Of a stretch of DNA of 33,431 bases, positions 10,290 through 21,418 are shown piece by piece (positions within the stretch are counted from its first letter, which is position 1; each line of letters begins with the position of its first letter). Origin of the DNA: Octopus bimaculoides (taxonomy: Eukaryota); assembly GCF_001194135.2 (NCBI RefSeq), contig NC_068981.1, positions 196,187,151 to 196,220,581 of the forward strand, written 5' to 3'. The translations under genes were made by a program, and so were the position numbers. Below the pieces are notes generated by a model. That model did not search any database. It worked only from the letters and a program-made list of their open reading frames with translations, and was not told the DNA's origin.

Positions 10290-10748
10290 CCACTTATTCT
10301 ATACATCTTAACAACTGTGAAGCCGGAAGCAGTTACTTGGGAATAATAACTTCTTGGAATCAAGAAACATAAGGAATAAAAAAATAAAACGGTAAGATGG
10401 AATGAGCAGNNNNNNNNNNNNNNNNNNNNNNNNNNNNNNNNNNNNNNNNNNNNNNNNNNNNNNNNNNNNNNNNNNNNNNNNNNNNNNNNNNNNNNNNNNN
10501 NNNNNNNNNNNNNNNNNNNNNNNNNNNNNNNNNNNNNNNNNNNNNNNNNNNNNNNNNNNNNNNNNNNNNNNNNNNNNNNNNNNNNNNNNNNNNNNNNNNN
10601 NNNNNNNNNNNNNNNNNNNNNNNNNNNNNNNNNNNNNNNNNNNNNNNNNNNNNNNNNNNNNNNNNNNNNNNNNNNNNNNNNNNNNNNNNNNNNNNNNNNN
10701 NNNNNNNNNNNNNNNNNNNNNNNNNNNNNNNNNNNNNNNNNNNNNNNN

Positions 10749-10819
<71 letters not shown>

Positions 10820-11984
10820 ATATAATTATATATGCATATGTATGTATATATAAGTATACATATTTCATACACATACACACACGCATATATATATATGCAT
10901 ATATATATATATATATATATATGTATTATGTGTATGTAGGGAGTCAAAACTTCGCACGTTGTTACTCGGAGTTTAGACATGTTTACATTTAATTGTATAT
11001 ATGCATTTATGTCTTCATGTAGTTGTGTGTTTGTGCACACATGCACATCTTAATGAATATATATACATTTACACATACACGCACATGCATCATATACGCG
11101 TGCACGTGTGTGTGTGTGTGTGTGTGTGTGTCCTGGAGAAATGCGAAGTGCAGAAGACAAGGAGCTGATATAACACATAAGAAACCGTTAAGAAATGTTC
11201 AATCAAGCAAAATTAATGCAAAGTAAAACTGCAGCAACGACAACAACAAAAAACTCTCTACCAATAAAAATGGCGACCGTAAGAATATAAAGCCAGTGAC
11301 AATAACAACAACATTATAAATAACAGCAGCAATCGCAAGCAGCAACAACAATGGTTCCTAATTTTGGTACAGCCCCACAATTTTTTAGAGGAAGCTATAC
11401 AGTAAGAGAATTATTAAAAATCCCAATTCGTGACATGCGTATTGTTTCATCGTCCCTAACAAAATTTGAACTCATGACGTTCAGAGATACCACGAAGACG
11501 AAAATATTTAACAAAGGTCATATTTGAGGCGGGATGAGGGGAGTTTAGTGAAACAACCTGTGGACGGGATTGGTGTTTATATAATCGATCACGAACGAAT
11601 GGAAAGGAAAAATCTATTTTCAGAAGAATTTTCAATTGATTGTTAATTGAAATATTTAGAAATAGATCAGTGATTGTGTGTCACTTTGAAATCTATATAT
11701 TTTCGACAGCAATTCAGTAGCGACATCTAGCCAACCAAGCTACTCTACGCTGATAAAGAGCAATAATCCAGAAACCGGTCCGCGGATGCGAAATTCTGCG
11801 GGGTAGAGGTGCTGATCTCCCTTGTTCGAAAATATAAGGACAGAATTTTTTGTCTCGTATAACCAGCTGGAAACGATGTTTCCTGGGGCTAAATAACAGT
11901 AACATTCGTCCTATCCTGGGACTGTCACATTATGTTGGCAAAAAGTCATTACTTTTTCATTTGATGACATAAAAAAAAAGAAAC

Positions 11985-12115
11985 TTAGTTGTTCGGCGAA
12001 AGAAATCGATAGAATTAGTACCAGACTTTAAATAAATAAGTACTAGGCGCGATCTGTTCGACTAAAACCCTTTAAGGCTGTACCCCAGTATGGCCGCAGC
12101 CCAAAGATTAATGTT
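11985..12115 (+). mobile_element. SINE family B, diverged 3' module
   Basis: GTTCGGCGAAAGAAATCGATAGAATTAGTAC...GATCTGTTCGACTAAAA...CCCCAGTATGGCCGCAG, collinear with 7380-7480. Confidence 0.7.
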
Positions 12116-12699
12116 AAGAGATAATTTCATGTTTTTTTTGTTTTTTTTTTATCAGAGACAAGTGTACAGTACACACTATCGTTTCTGGCATCACTGAGAA
12201 TAGAGATTGTACAGCAAAGAAGAAAGCATAGCTAAAGATTTATTCAGAGACCAGTCATGTGGTCCGAATATAAGCATCACTGTTAAAGATACCCGAAAGC
12301 CAGGTAGTGGTGTTAAACTGAGTGACTTATTAAGCCTATCATTCTTAATGACATTTTGTCCGTTGCACCATCTATCATTAATTCCCAAACAACCAATGTA
12401 TAAGAGACGAGAGAAAACGGTTCAAGAAAACAAGAATCCAAAAGAGAAAAAGATGGCTGATAAAGCATTACTTGGTCAGGAACCGCAAGAACTCTATGAA
12501 GACACTCAGAGATTTAGATTAAAACAATGAAGAAAATAAAGATTAAAGACCTCTGGACCAAGTATTACCAATTGTAAATTCTCTCTGGGAATGGAGCTAA
12601 ATTCCATTATAATATTCTTAAACCGAGAAAAATATTATTGACATCAATGAGAGCAAATTAACAACAAAACCAAAATAAATAATAATAATAGTAATAATT

Positions 12700-12898
12700 G
12701 TTTTACGAGGGGCACAAGGTCAGTAATTTTGAGGGGAGGGGCAACTCATTTAAATCGATCTCCAATACTTGACTGATACATTATTTTATCGACACCGAAA
12801 CGAGGAACGGTGCCGTTGACTTCTGTGCGATTTGAACTCAGAAGCGGAAGAAATACCGCTAAGCATTTTGTCGAATGCGCTAACTAATCTACCAATTC
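12700..12898 (-). mobile_element. SINE family A, diverged copy
   Basis: Plus strand GGCACAAGGTCAGTAATTTTGAGGGG...TTATTTTATCGACACCGAAA...ATTTGAACTCAGAA...AAATACCGCTAAGCATTTTGTC, collinear with 19293-19506. Confidence 0.75.
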
Positions 12899-12902
12899 AA
12901 CG

Positions 12903-13520
12903 ATGATGATGATGATGATGACGATGATGATGAGGAGAAGGAGGAGAATGGGAGAGGAGGGGAGGAGAGAGGAGGAGGAGGAGGAGGAGGAGGAAGTTAA
13001 GGGTGACGATGACGATGATGACGATGATGATGAGGAGAAGGAGGAAGAGAATGGGAGACGAGGGGAGGAGAGAGGAGGAAGTTAAGGGTGACGATGATGA
13101 TGATGGCGACGGTGGGGGAAGGACTGATGCTGAAGATGACGACAGTTAAGAAGTGGAAGAATTTGAAGACGCAAGAAGAAGAAGAAGAAGAAGAAGAAGA
13201 AGAAGAAGACGACGACGAAGAAGAAGAAGAAGAAGAAGAAGAAGAAGAAGAAGAAGAAGAAGAAGAAGAAGACGACGACGACGACGACGAAGAAGAAGAA
13301 GAAGAAGAAGAAGAAGAAGAAGAAGAAGAAGAAGAAGAAGAAGAAGAAGAAGAAGAAGAAGAAGAAGAAGAAGAAGAAGAAGAAGAAGAAGAAGAAGAAG
13401 AAGAAGAAGAAGAAGAAGAAGAAATGGAAGAAGGAGAAGTAGAAGAAGAAGAAGAAGAAGAAGAAGAAGAAGAAGAAGAAGAAGAAGAAGAAGAAGAAGA
13501 AGAAGAAGATGACGATGATG
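12903..13520. repeat. Purine-rich compound repeat: (GAT)/(GAG) block with a ~100-bp duplication, then interrupted (GAA)n of ~335 bp
   Basis: (GAA)n 13173-13508 interrupted by (GAC) blocks; two similar GATGATGAGGAGAAGGAGG...GAAGTTAAGGGTGACGATGA units starting near 12920 and 13020. Confidence 0.9.
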
Positions 13521-14415
13521 ATGTAGAGAAATGCAGAAACTATAAATTAAATAAATAAAATACATACAAGCCATCCAAGATGGCGGAAAAGACATTTTTA
13601 TGGAAATTGGCTGAAAGAGATATATTATTAGAATATTATGTTTTGTTTCTTTAGAAAGTCGTGTTCAGCTATCGATGGGTGGACGGTAATGGGTGCAGCC
13701 GGGTATCAGTGGGGTGGGGCGTAGCAAGGTACAGCGGGGGTGAGAATTAATGTGAAGCCGGAATCTTTCAGTTTTCTTTGAATATGACATGATAGGACAT
13801 TGACATGGAATTTTGGTAGGGAAAAATAATAATAGTAATAATGATAATAATAATCATGATGATGATGATGGTGATGATGGTGATGGTGATGACGATGCTG
13901 ATGAGGATGATGATGATGAGGAGGAGGAGAAGGATGATGATGATGAGGAGGAGGAGGAGGAGGAGAAGGATGATGATGATGATGATGATGATCCGCAAGA
14001 AAATAATTTCGAGTGTTTTAACGAAACATTTTGCGGATTTCGAAAGAATAACTCCTCTATAGTATTATGAGAGGATGGACGGGTGGACGGGTGGATGGAT
14101 GGACAGACGAATGAACAGGCGGGTGGGCGTTTAGTCATTATAAGCTTCAAGTGATGAGGCGGGGTGGGTCTTTACTTCCATTTATACTGAAAATGTTGAC
14201 ATACGGAAGTATTTATGCTGTTTGAAAGCAGCATTATTATTTATGGGGAGATATTAGGGTACTGCTCGTGTGTATATATGTGTGTATGTACATTTATATG
14301 CATACATACCTATATATATACACACACATGTATGTGAGTATGCAGATGTATGCATATACATACGCATATATACGTGTGTGGATACAAACATGTTTACATG
14401 TATATTATTCTGTTA

Positions 14416-14808
14416 TTCTTTTCCTTCTTTCAGTCATCTGACTACGGCCATGCTGGAGCACCGCGTTTAGTCGAGCAGATCGACCCCAGGACTTATTCTT
14501 TTGTAAGCCTAGTACTTATTCTATCGGTCTCTTTTGCCGAACCGCTAGGTTACGAGGACGTAAATACACCAGCATCGGTTGCCAAGCGATGTTGAGGGGA
14601 CAAACGCAGACATACAAACATATACACACACATACATATACATACATAAATACGACAGGCTTCTTTCAGTTTCCGTCTACCAAATCCACTCCCAAATCGA
14701 CTCGAGGCCGTAGTAGAAGACACTTGCACAAGATGTCATGTAGTGGGACTGAACCCGTAACCATGTGGTCGGTAAGCAAGCTACTTACCACACAGCCACT
14801 CCTGCACC
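14416..14808 (-). mobile_element. SINE family B, full-length copy (tRNA-like head + internal TA/TG microsatellite + 3' module)
   Basis: Minus strand: GGTGCAGGAGTGGCTGTGTGGTAAGTAGCTTGCTTACCGACCACATGGTTACGGGTTCAGTCCCAC...GGATTTGGTAGACGGAAACTGAAAGAAGCCTGTCGTA, then (TATG)-type repeats, then TTTGTCCCTC...GCATGGCCGTAGTCAGATGACTGAAAG. Confidence 0.85.
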
Positions 14809-15684
14809 TATTATATATACATATACATGCACACACACACACAGTCAGACATATATATATACTCAGAGTTTCATATAACCGATCATCCGACATATACACA
14901 AGTGTCTGATAATTGGTTACATGAAATTCGAAGTAACAATTTAATGTTGGTATAGGATATCGGTGGATGATATTATTGAAGCGGCTGATATATGATGTTG
15001 GTATTGGATGTTGGTGTGTGATACCACTTTAGATCCCGCTATGCGATGCTAACAGACCGGTATATGATGTTAGGGACATTGGATGTTTTATATCTGAGTG
15101 AGTCAGGAAACAGGATGTTGTAAGGTCATATGTTAATTAAGAATTAAAGAACAAATTAATTAATTGACGCCACTATAATTAAATACATAACATGAAAATA
15201 TTTTAACCAATTATTGAGATTAACATAAATAACAAATAATTAAATAGAACTATAACTACTCAATATTTAACTAATTAGTTACATTATTAGATTAGCTCAT
15301 TAAATATACAATAAACTAATTAAAAAGGTTATCACATTTTTAATTAACCGAAAATAATTAAGCAACTTGTTAGTTATATAACCAACAATAACACAAGTTA
15401 ATTAATTTAACAAAACTAGAAAATTAAAAACAACACAGTAATATACCTGACAAACTAATTAAGTTGAGTAAACAACTAGGATTTTAACTAATTATAGTTA
15501 TTTGCTCTTTGTATTAATAATTAACCGAAGAACCAAGTGATAATAAGAAAGTGTGGTTTAAACTAGTTAGATAATTACGCGTTTATAATACGTAATTAGC
15601 TAACTAGTATTAAAAAACGAACTCAAACCTCTAGTTTAAAAGCAAATAAAATATCCTGAGAACACTAATAGAATTCCCCTGATG

Positions 15685-15785
15685 GGTAAGATATTTGGCT
15701 CATGATCATAATGTCGTGGGTTCAATTCTGGATCGAATGAAAGTTTTGTACCCATAAGCAAGGCACTTCAGTTTACACAGCTGAA
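15685..15785 (+). mobile_element. SINE family C-like degraded head fragment
   Basis: TTGGCTCATGATCATAATGTCGTGGGTTCAATTCTGG (B-box-like), then AGCAAGGCACTTCAGTTTACACAGCT resembling the core of 18590-18777. Confidence 0.45.
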
Positions 15786-15857
15786 GAGGAGCACCTGACG
15801 AGTACCAGTGGAACTCCCACTCCCTTCAGTTGTCATCAACTAGATATTCTACACATG

Positions 15858-15861
<4 letters not shown>

Positions 15862-15933
<72 letters not shown>
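15862..15933. repeat. (CA)n microsatellite, ~36 units
   Basis: Direct reading. Confidence 0.95.
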
Positions 15934-15940
<7 letters not shown>

Positions 15941-16408
15941 TTGCACGCACACAGTCTGAGGAGACCAAGAGGGCATCTATGCTCTTTGCGAAAACATGTT
16001 ACATATTACTAAATCATACACGTGATTGATGGCTGGCACTCCTGTACTGAACTATTCTATAGAATTCCTCACATCATTTTCTTCTTAGACTCTCTACATA
16101 ATAATGGTCATAAGAATCATTTCAAACTTAAGCACAAGACCAGCAATTTGGGCTGAGGAGTCGGCGATTATACCAATTTCGTTATTTGACTCTCTTGTCT
16201 TGACTCAATTCGTTAATAATTTAACGAAATGTTTCACCTAGGTGGGAATTAAACACATTTAGTAAACATTCAGGATAAATATAATGAGGAATTTCTTCCG
16301 ATATTCAAACAATTATGCCAATGTCACCACCTTACTACTTGTAAATGTTGTCAACTAACAAAGTTATATAGAAGGTGAGGCTAAGAGGTTTCTGCCGCAT
16401 CCTGTAGT

Positions 16409-16620
16409 AAGGCAGCGAGCTGGCAGAATCTGTTGTACACCGGACAAAATTCTTAGCAGCATTTCGTCCGTCTTTACGTTCCGTGTTCAGATGCCGCCGA
16501 GGTCAACTTTGGTTTTAATCCTTTCGGGGTCGATAAGATAAGCACCAGCTGGGGTCTGGAATCGATTAATCGATTTCCCATTCCTCCAAAACTTCTGGCA
16601 TTGTGCCAAAATTTGCAACC
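16409..16620 (+). mobile_element. SINE family A, full-length copy
   Basis: AAGGCAGCGAGCTGGCAGAATC...CTTAGCAGCATTTCGTCCGTCTTTACGTTCCGTGTTCAGATGCCGCCGAGGTCAACTTTG...CCTTTCGGGGTCGATAAG...TTGTGCCAAAATTTG. Confidence 0.85.
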
Positions 16621-17854
16621 AATATCGGAATATAAGAATATAGTAAACTCTACAACGATAATAGATTGTATCAACACTGGTTGGCTGGTTGGTTGGCTGG
16701 TTGGTTTTTTTCTCCAGCCACGTTTAGCAGCATAGAGACGGAATGAGGAGATATCAAAAGAGGAATGCAGAGAGAATTAATACAAGGGATGTAGGATGGA
16801 TGCACATACTAGACTTGATGGCAGGCAATGAGCAAAGGAATGTTACATGCACGCACGCACGCACACACACACACACGCGCACAACACACACACACACAGT
16901 GAGAGAGCCATAGAGGCAGAGAAGATGGCGTTAATGACGGAGTCACAGCAGGATGAATTATGCAAATGAAAAATTTGTTATATTTAATTATATTTCAAGG
17001 AAATAAATACTTTTCTTTTCGAAATTAGAATTCATTTCATCTTTTTAAATAAACACCAAAACATTTGCTAAAATTTAAATTACAACTATTATATTATGAT
17101 ATGTCATATGTCCTGATATCTGCCATTCTGGCAAATATATTCTCCCAAAGTTACTCTTTATAAGACGGGTAATGGTCTAGTATAGTAATACTATTAAAAA
17201 TAATAAACTTACTAAAGGACTATTAAAGAAACTTTAGAAATAATATAGGAATCTAATAATCAAAAGAGCGTTGTAGATAATTGTCTAATGGAAATGACTA
17301 TGTAATTAACAAGAGAACACAGGCGGTAAACTGGGAAAGAAAGGCGGTGGTGGCGAGAATAGCTTGCAGCCATCGTGGAGAACTACGTCACCTTAAACCT
17401 AACCAAATGTAACTGGTGTTAATTAATTAATTTATATATTAATTATTAATTACAAACAAACAAAAAATAACACAGCACAAAAAATTCTAATAAATTTAAT
17501 CAACTTTTATGCATCACGTGACAAAGAGTTGGCAACAAAAACAACCAACCAGAACAACAGCAATTCTTAACAACAACAATTATAACAAACAATTACAACA
17601 ACAATTTTGTGTTACATGATCCACAACCTGCTAGAAATATCAGCTAAATCTATCTTAAAACATTCTGTACATCTCTGTACATGCACACGCACACATACAT
17701 ATGGGAATGAAAAATTTGTCTCCACTGCAATATATACATCCTTGTGTGCGTGTGCGCGCGCGTGCGCGTGTGTGTGTGCGTGTCTGTCTGTCTGTCTGTA
17801 TGTATGTGTCTCTGTGTGTAGGGATAAACAAATAACAGTGATGCATGCATACAT

Positions 17855-17887
<33 letters not shown>

Positions 17888-17916
17888 TGTGTGTGTGTGT
17901 GTGTGTGTGTTTAATA

Positions 17917-18085
17917 GGGCGGCGAAATGGCAGAATCATTTAGACGTAGGATAGATTGCTTGAGATATTTGTCACAAATCTATATTCTCTGAGTTCGAAT
18001 TCCGCCAAGGCAAACGTTTGGTTTGGGATCTCTCAATATCACAAACCCTCGTCCTTGACCCAGCCAGGGTTGATAAAGTCCTAGC
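17917..18085 (+). mobile_element. SINE family A, diverged 5' fragment
   Basis: GGGCGGCGAAATGGCAGAATC head and TTCTCTGAGTTCGAATTCCGCCAAGG B-box region. Confidence 0.65.
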
Positions 18086-18589
18086 TTACAATAGTGTTTC
18101 CTTTTATCCTAAGTCATCAAGTGGCTTTTTCTACCGGCTCGGCGATGGAATATATGACTCTCCACTTTGCTGCTCCAGTAACTTTAACTCCAACCTCGCA
18201 ATATGAACATGCCACATATTCTCACGAAATCTGTTATGAAATTGTTTTGGATGCAAAACTACTTTAATATAAAGCTGTAAACGTAATGTAATAGTGTTGT
18301 ATGCAAGAAAAATATAAGGTTGTTCATATTCTCTCTTTTTGTGCCATTCGTAGAAGTGTCAACGATCAGTGACCACACTGCGAATGTCTTAAAGATTATT
18401 TAGCTCCACATCAGTCTTGAATCAGCAGACGTTGAATTAAAAGACTATGGAATGAATAAAAATGTCTGTATGGGCGGGAAAATTGATAGAAAAGTAACAG
18501 TAAGTACACTGGACATTACTGTTCCCAGTCTTAGGATTCAGGGACGGTTCCTCGGTTTGCATAGCGTATAAGTGACCGAGATTATAACG

Positions 18590-18777
18590 TTCTCCTTGAA
18601 CAAGGCACCAGTTCGCCGCAGGGTTACTCTTTTACAGCTGAGTGGACTGTGGCAACTGAAATGAAGTGTTTTGCCCAAGAACACAACACACCACTCGGTC
18701 CAGGAATCGAAATCACAATTTTGCAATCGTGAATGCAACATCCCTAAATACTAGGTCACGCACCTTCATAGAGAAAA
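18590..18777 (-). mobile_element. SINE family C (tRNA head plus TGTTGTGTTCTTGGGCAA core)
   Basis: Minus strand: TGAAGGTGCGTGACCTAGTATTTAGG...GTGATTTCGATTCCTGGACC...TGTGTTGTGTTCTTGGGCAAAACACTTCATTTC...CCACTCAGCTGTAAAAGAGT; A-box-like and B-box-like elements plus a core shared with 21780-21964. Confidence 0.75.
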
Positions 18778-19292
18778 AAACTCTACTAACCCTGGGTAGC
18801 TGTTTTGTGAAGCATCATGTAAAATAAAAAGATAAATAAGTATAATAGTTATGTGATTGTATAACTTTCAAGAGGGATTAGTGATTTAAGTGTTGAGACG
18901 AAAGATGAAAGAAAATAATTTTATGTCTATATAATTTCTAATTAGTCCCAATAAGTTTATAATAATATTGGAAAGGAGGTGTAATTAGAAGTAACGTAAT
19001 TGTATGATGGTGTGCCCGACTAATGTGTGCGAATGATGGGAAATTAGATCGTATATCAGAAGATTTAAAAGTAATTAGCGGTGGAGTTTAGTTCAGGGAC
19101 AGTGTTTATTTGATTTGTTTTTGTTTGTTTTCGGTAAAAAAGTGTAACAGATATATGTTAAACTCTGACAGGAATATTAACAGCGGCTGGATTCGGGTAT
19201 TTCGATATTATATAGGAACTTAGTAAAAACGAATAACGACAACGACAGTAATAATAATAATAATAATAATGATGATGATGATGATGATGATG

Positions 19293-19506
19293 ATTTCAAT
19301 TTTTTGGCACAAGGCCAGCAATTTCGGAGGAGGTGGTAAGTCTATTACATCGCCCTCAGTAATCGACTGGTACTTATTTTATCGAGCCCGAAAGGATGAA
19401 AAACAAAGTCGACTTCGGCGGAATTTGAACTCAGAACGTAAAGACCGTCGAAATGCCGCTAAGCATTTTGCCCAGCGCGGTAACGTTTCTGCCAGCTCGC
19501 CGCCTT
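19293..19506 (-). mobile_element. SINE family A, well-preserved full-length copy
   Basis: Minus strand begins AAGGCGGCGAGCTGGCAGAAACGTTACCGCGCTGGGCAAAATGCTTAGCGGCATTTCG...GTTCTGAGTTCAAATTCCGCCGAAGTCGAC. A second isolated 3' end lies at ~19572-19625. Confidence 0.9.
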
Positions 19507-19527
19507 GATAACAACAACAACAACAAC

Positions 19528-19568
<41 letters not shown>

Positions 19569-20842
19569 TGATGATTTCAAATTTTAGCACAAGGCCTGCA
19601 ATATCGGGGAGTGGGTAGATACTAACAAGTACGTCACCTACACCCCAGATTAGTTAAATATAAAAGGGTGGAGAATAAAATTGTCATGTTATAATTAACA
19701 TTAGATTAATTAATTTGGGAATAATTGGAAGACATATAAAACAATCTGTGAATCAAGTAGAACAATCTTATGTGCCATAAAAGAAAGGAATAAATTGCGC
19801 CGCCTAGGGTTGAATTTATACATACATATATATATATATANNNNNNNNNNNNNNNNNNNNNNNNNNNNNNNNNNNNNNNNNNNNNNNNNNNNNNNNNNNN
19901 NNNNNNNNNNNNNNNNNNNNNNNNNNNNNNNNNNNNNNNNNNNNNNNNNNNNNNNNNNNNNNNNNNNNNNNNNNNNNNNNNNNNNNNNNNNNNNNNNNNN
20001 NNNNNNNNNNNNNNNNNNNNNNNNNNNNNNNNNNNNNNNNNNNNNNNNNNNNNNNNNNNNNNNNNNNNNNNNNNNNNNNNNNNNNNNNNNNNNNNNNNNN
20101 NNNNNNNNNNNNNNNNNNNNNNNNNNNNNNNNNNNNNNNNNNNNNNNNNNNNNNNNNNNNNNNNNNNNNNNNNNNNNNNNNNNNNNNNNNNNNNNNNNNN
20201 NNNNNNNNNNNNNNNNNNNNNNNNNNNNNNNNNNNNNNNNNNNNNNNNNNNNNNNNNNNNNGGTGGTGGTGGTGGTGGTGTTAGTGGCGGCGGTGGTGGT
20301 GTTGATGGTGGTGGCGTCGGTGGTTGCACGGTGGTAGTGTTGGCGATGGTGCGCCAAAGAAATAAGGGTGGAGTTACACCTGTTTCTACCTGTTAACAGA
20401 TGAACAATTAACTCTCATATGTGATGGGAGGTGATGCTGGGTGGTGGGTAGTGGAGGTGGTGGTGGGTGGTAGATTGAGGCAAGGAGGAAGACAGGAAGA
20501 AGTTTGTGAGGTACAAGGGTGGGGCTACGGGTACGAACGTCAGTAAGTTAATATCATGTTGCAAGTGACAAAGAGAGAGTGACAGGGAGAGATACCCTAT
20601 TTCCCCTCCCCCTATTTATGCGGGAATGTGTCGGGTAGCAGGTGAAAAGGCACGCTATATAAGTGCTGGGTAGACAGCACTGTGAGACGAGGGTGAAGGA
20701 TGAAGGGTAGATACAGGCAATAAGGGTGCCGGGTGTTTTGTCTGTATGAAAGGCAGGGTTGTAAAAGTAAAACCCGGTATTAAAAGAGTGGATTCCAGAA
20801 GTGAAGTTCTACACACATATACACACACGTAGAAATATATAT

Positions 20843-20874
20843 GCGTGTGCGTGTGCGTGTGCGTGTGCGTGTGC

Positions 20875-20908
<34 letters not shown>

Positions 20909-20910
20909 GT
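20843..20910. repeat. Alternating purine-pyrimidine tract (TGCGTG)n-(TG)n-(CG)n
   Basis: Direct reading; about 68 bp of alternation. Confidence 0.9.
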
Positions 20911-21418
20911 AAATTGCGTGAGTATGGAGTATACGGGAGTAAAAGACATATCTATATATGTGTGGTGTGTGTATGTATATATATATATACTCTTTTATTC
21001 TNNNNNNNNNNNNNNNNNNNNNNNNNNNNNNNNNNNNNNNNNNNNNNNNNNNNNNNNNNNNNNNNNNNNNNNNNNNNNNNNNNNNNNNNNNNNNNNNNNN
21101 NNNNNNNNNNNNNNNNNNNNNNNNNNNNNNNNNNNNNNNNNNNNNNNNNNNNNNNNNNNNNNNNNNNNNNNNNNNNNNNNNNNNNNNNNNNNNNNNNNNN
21201 NNNNNNNNNNNNNNNNNNNNNNNNNNNNNNNNNNNNNNNNNNNNNNNNNNNNNNNNNNNNNNNNNNNNNNNNNNNNNNNNNNNNNNNNNNNNNNNNNNNN
21301 NNNNNNNNNNNNNNNNNNNNNNNNNNNNNNNNNNNNNNNNNNNNNNNNNNNNNNNNNNNNNNNNNNNNNNNNNNNNNNNNNNNNNNNNNNNNNNTATATA
21401 TATATATACACACACACA

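Noticed and set aside
13088-13558. 156-aa poly-Glu ORF and the poly-Arg/poly-Leu alternatives
   Set aside because: These are translations of (GAA)n; the frames are open because the repeat has no stops, and there is no flanking domain or splice support.
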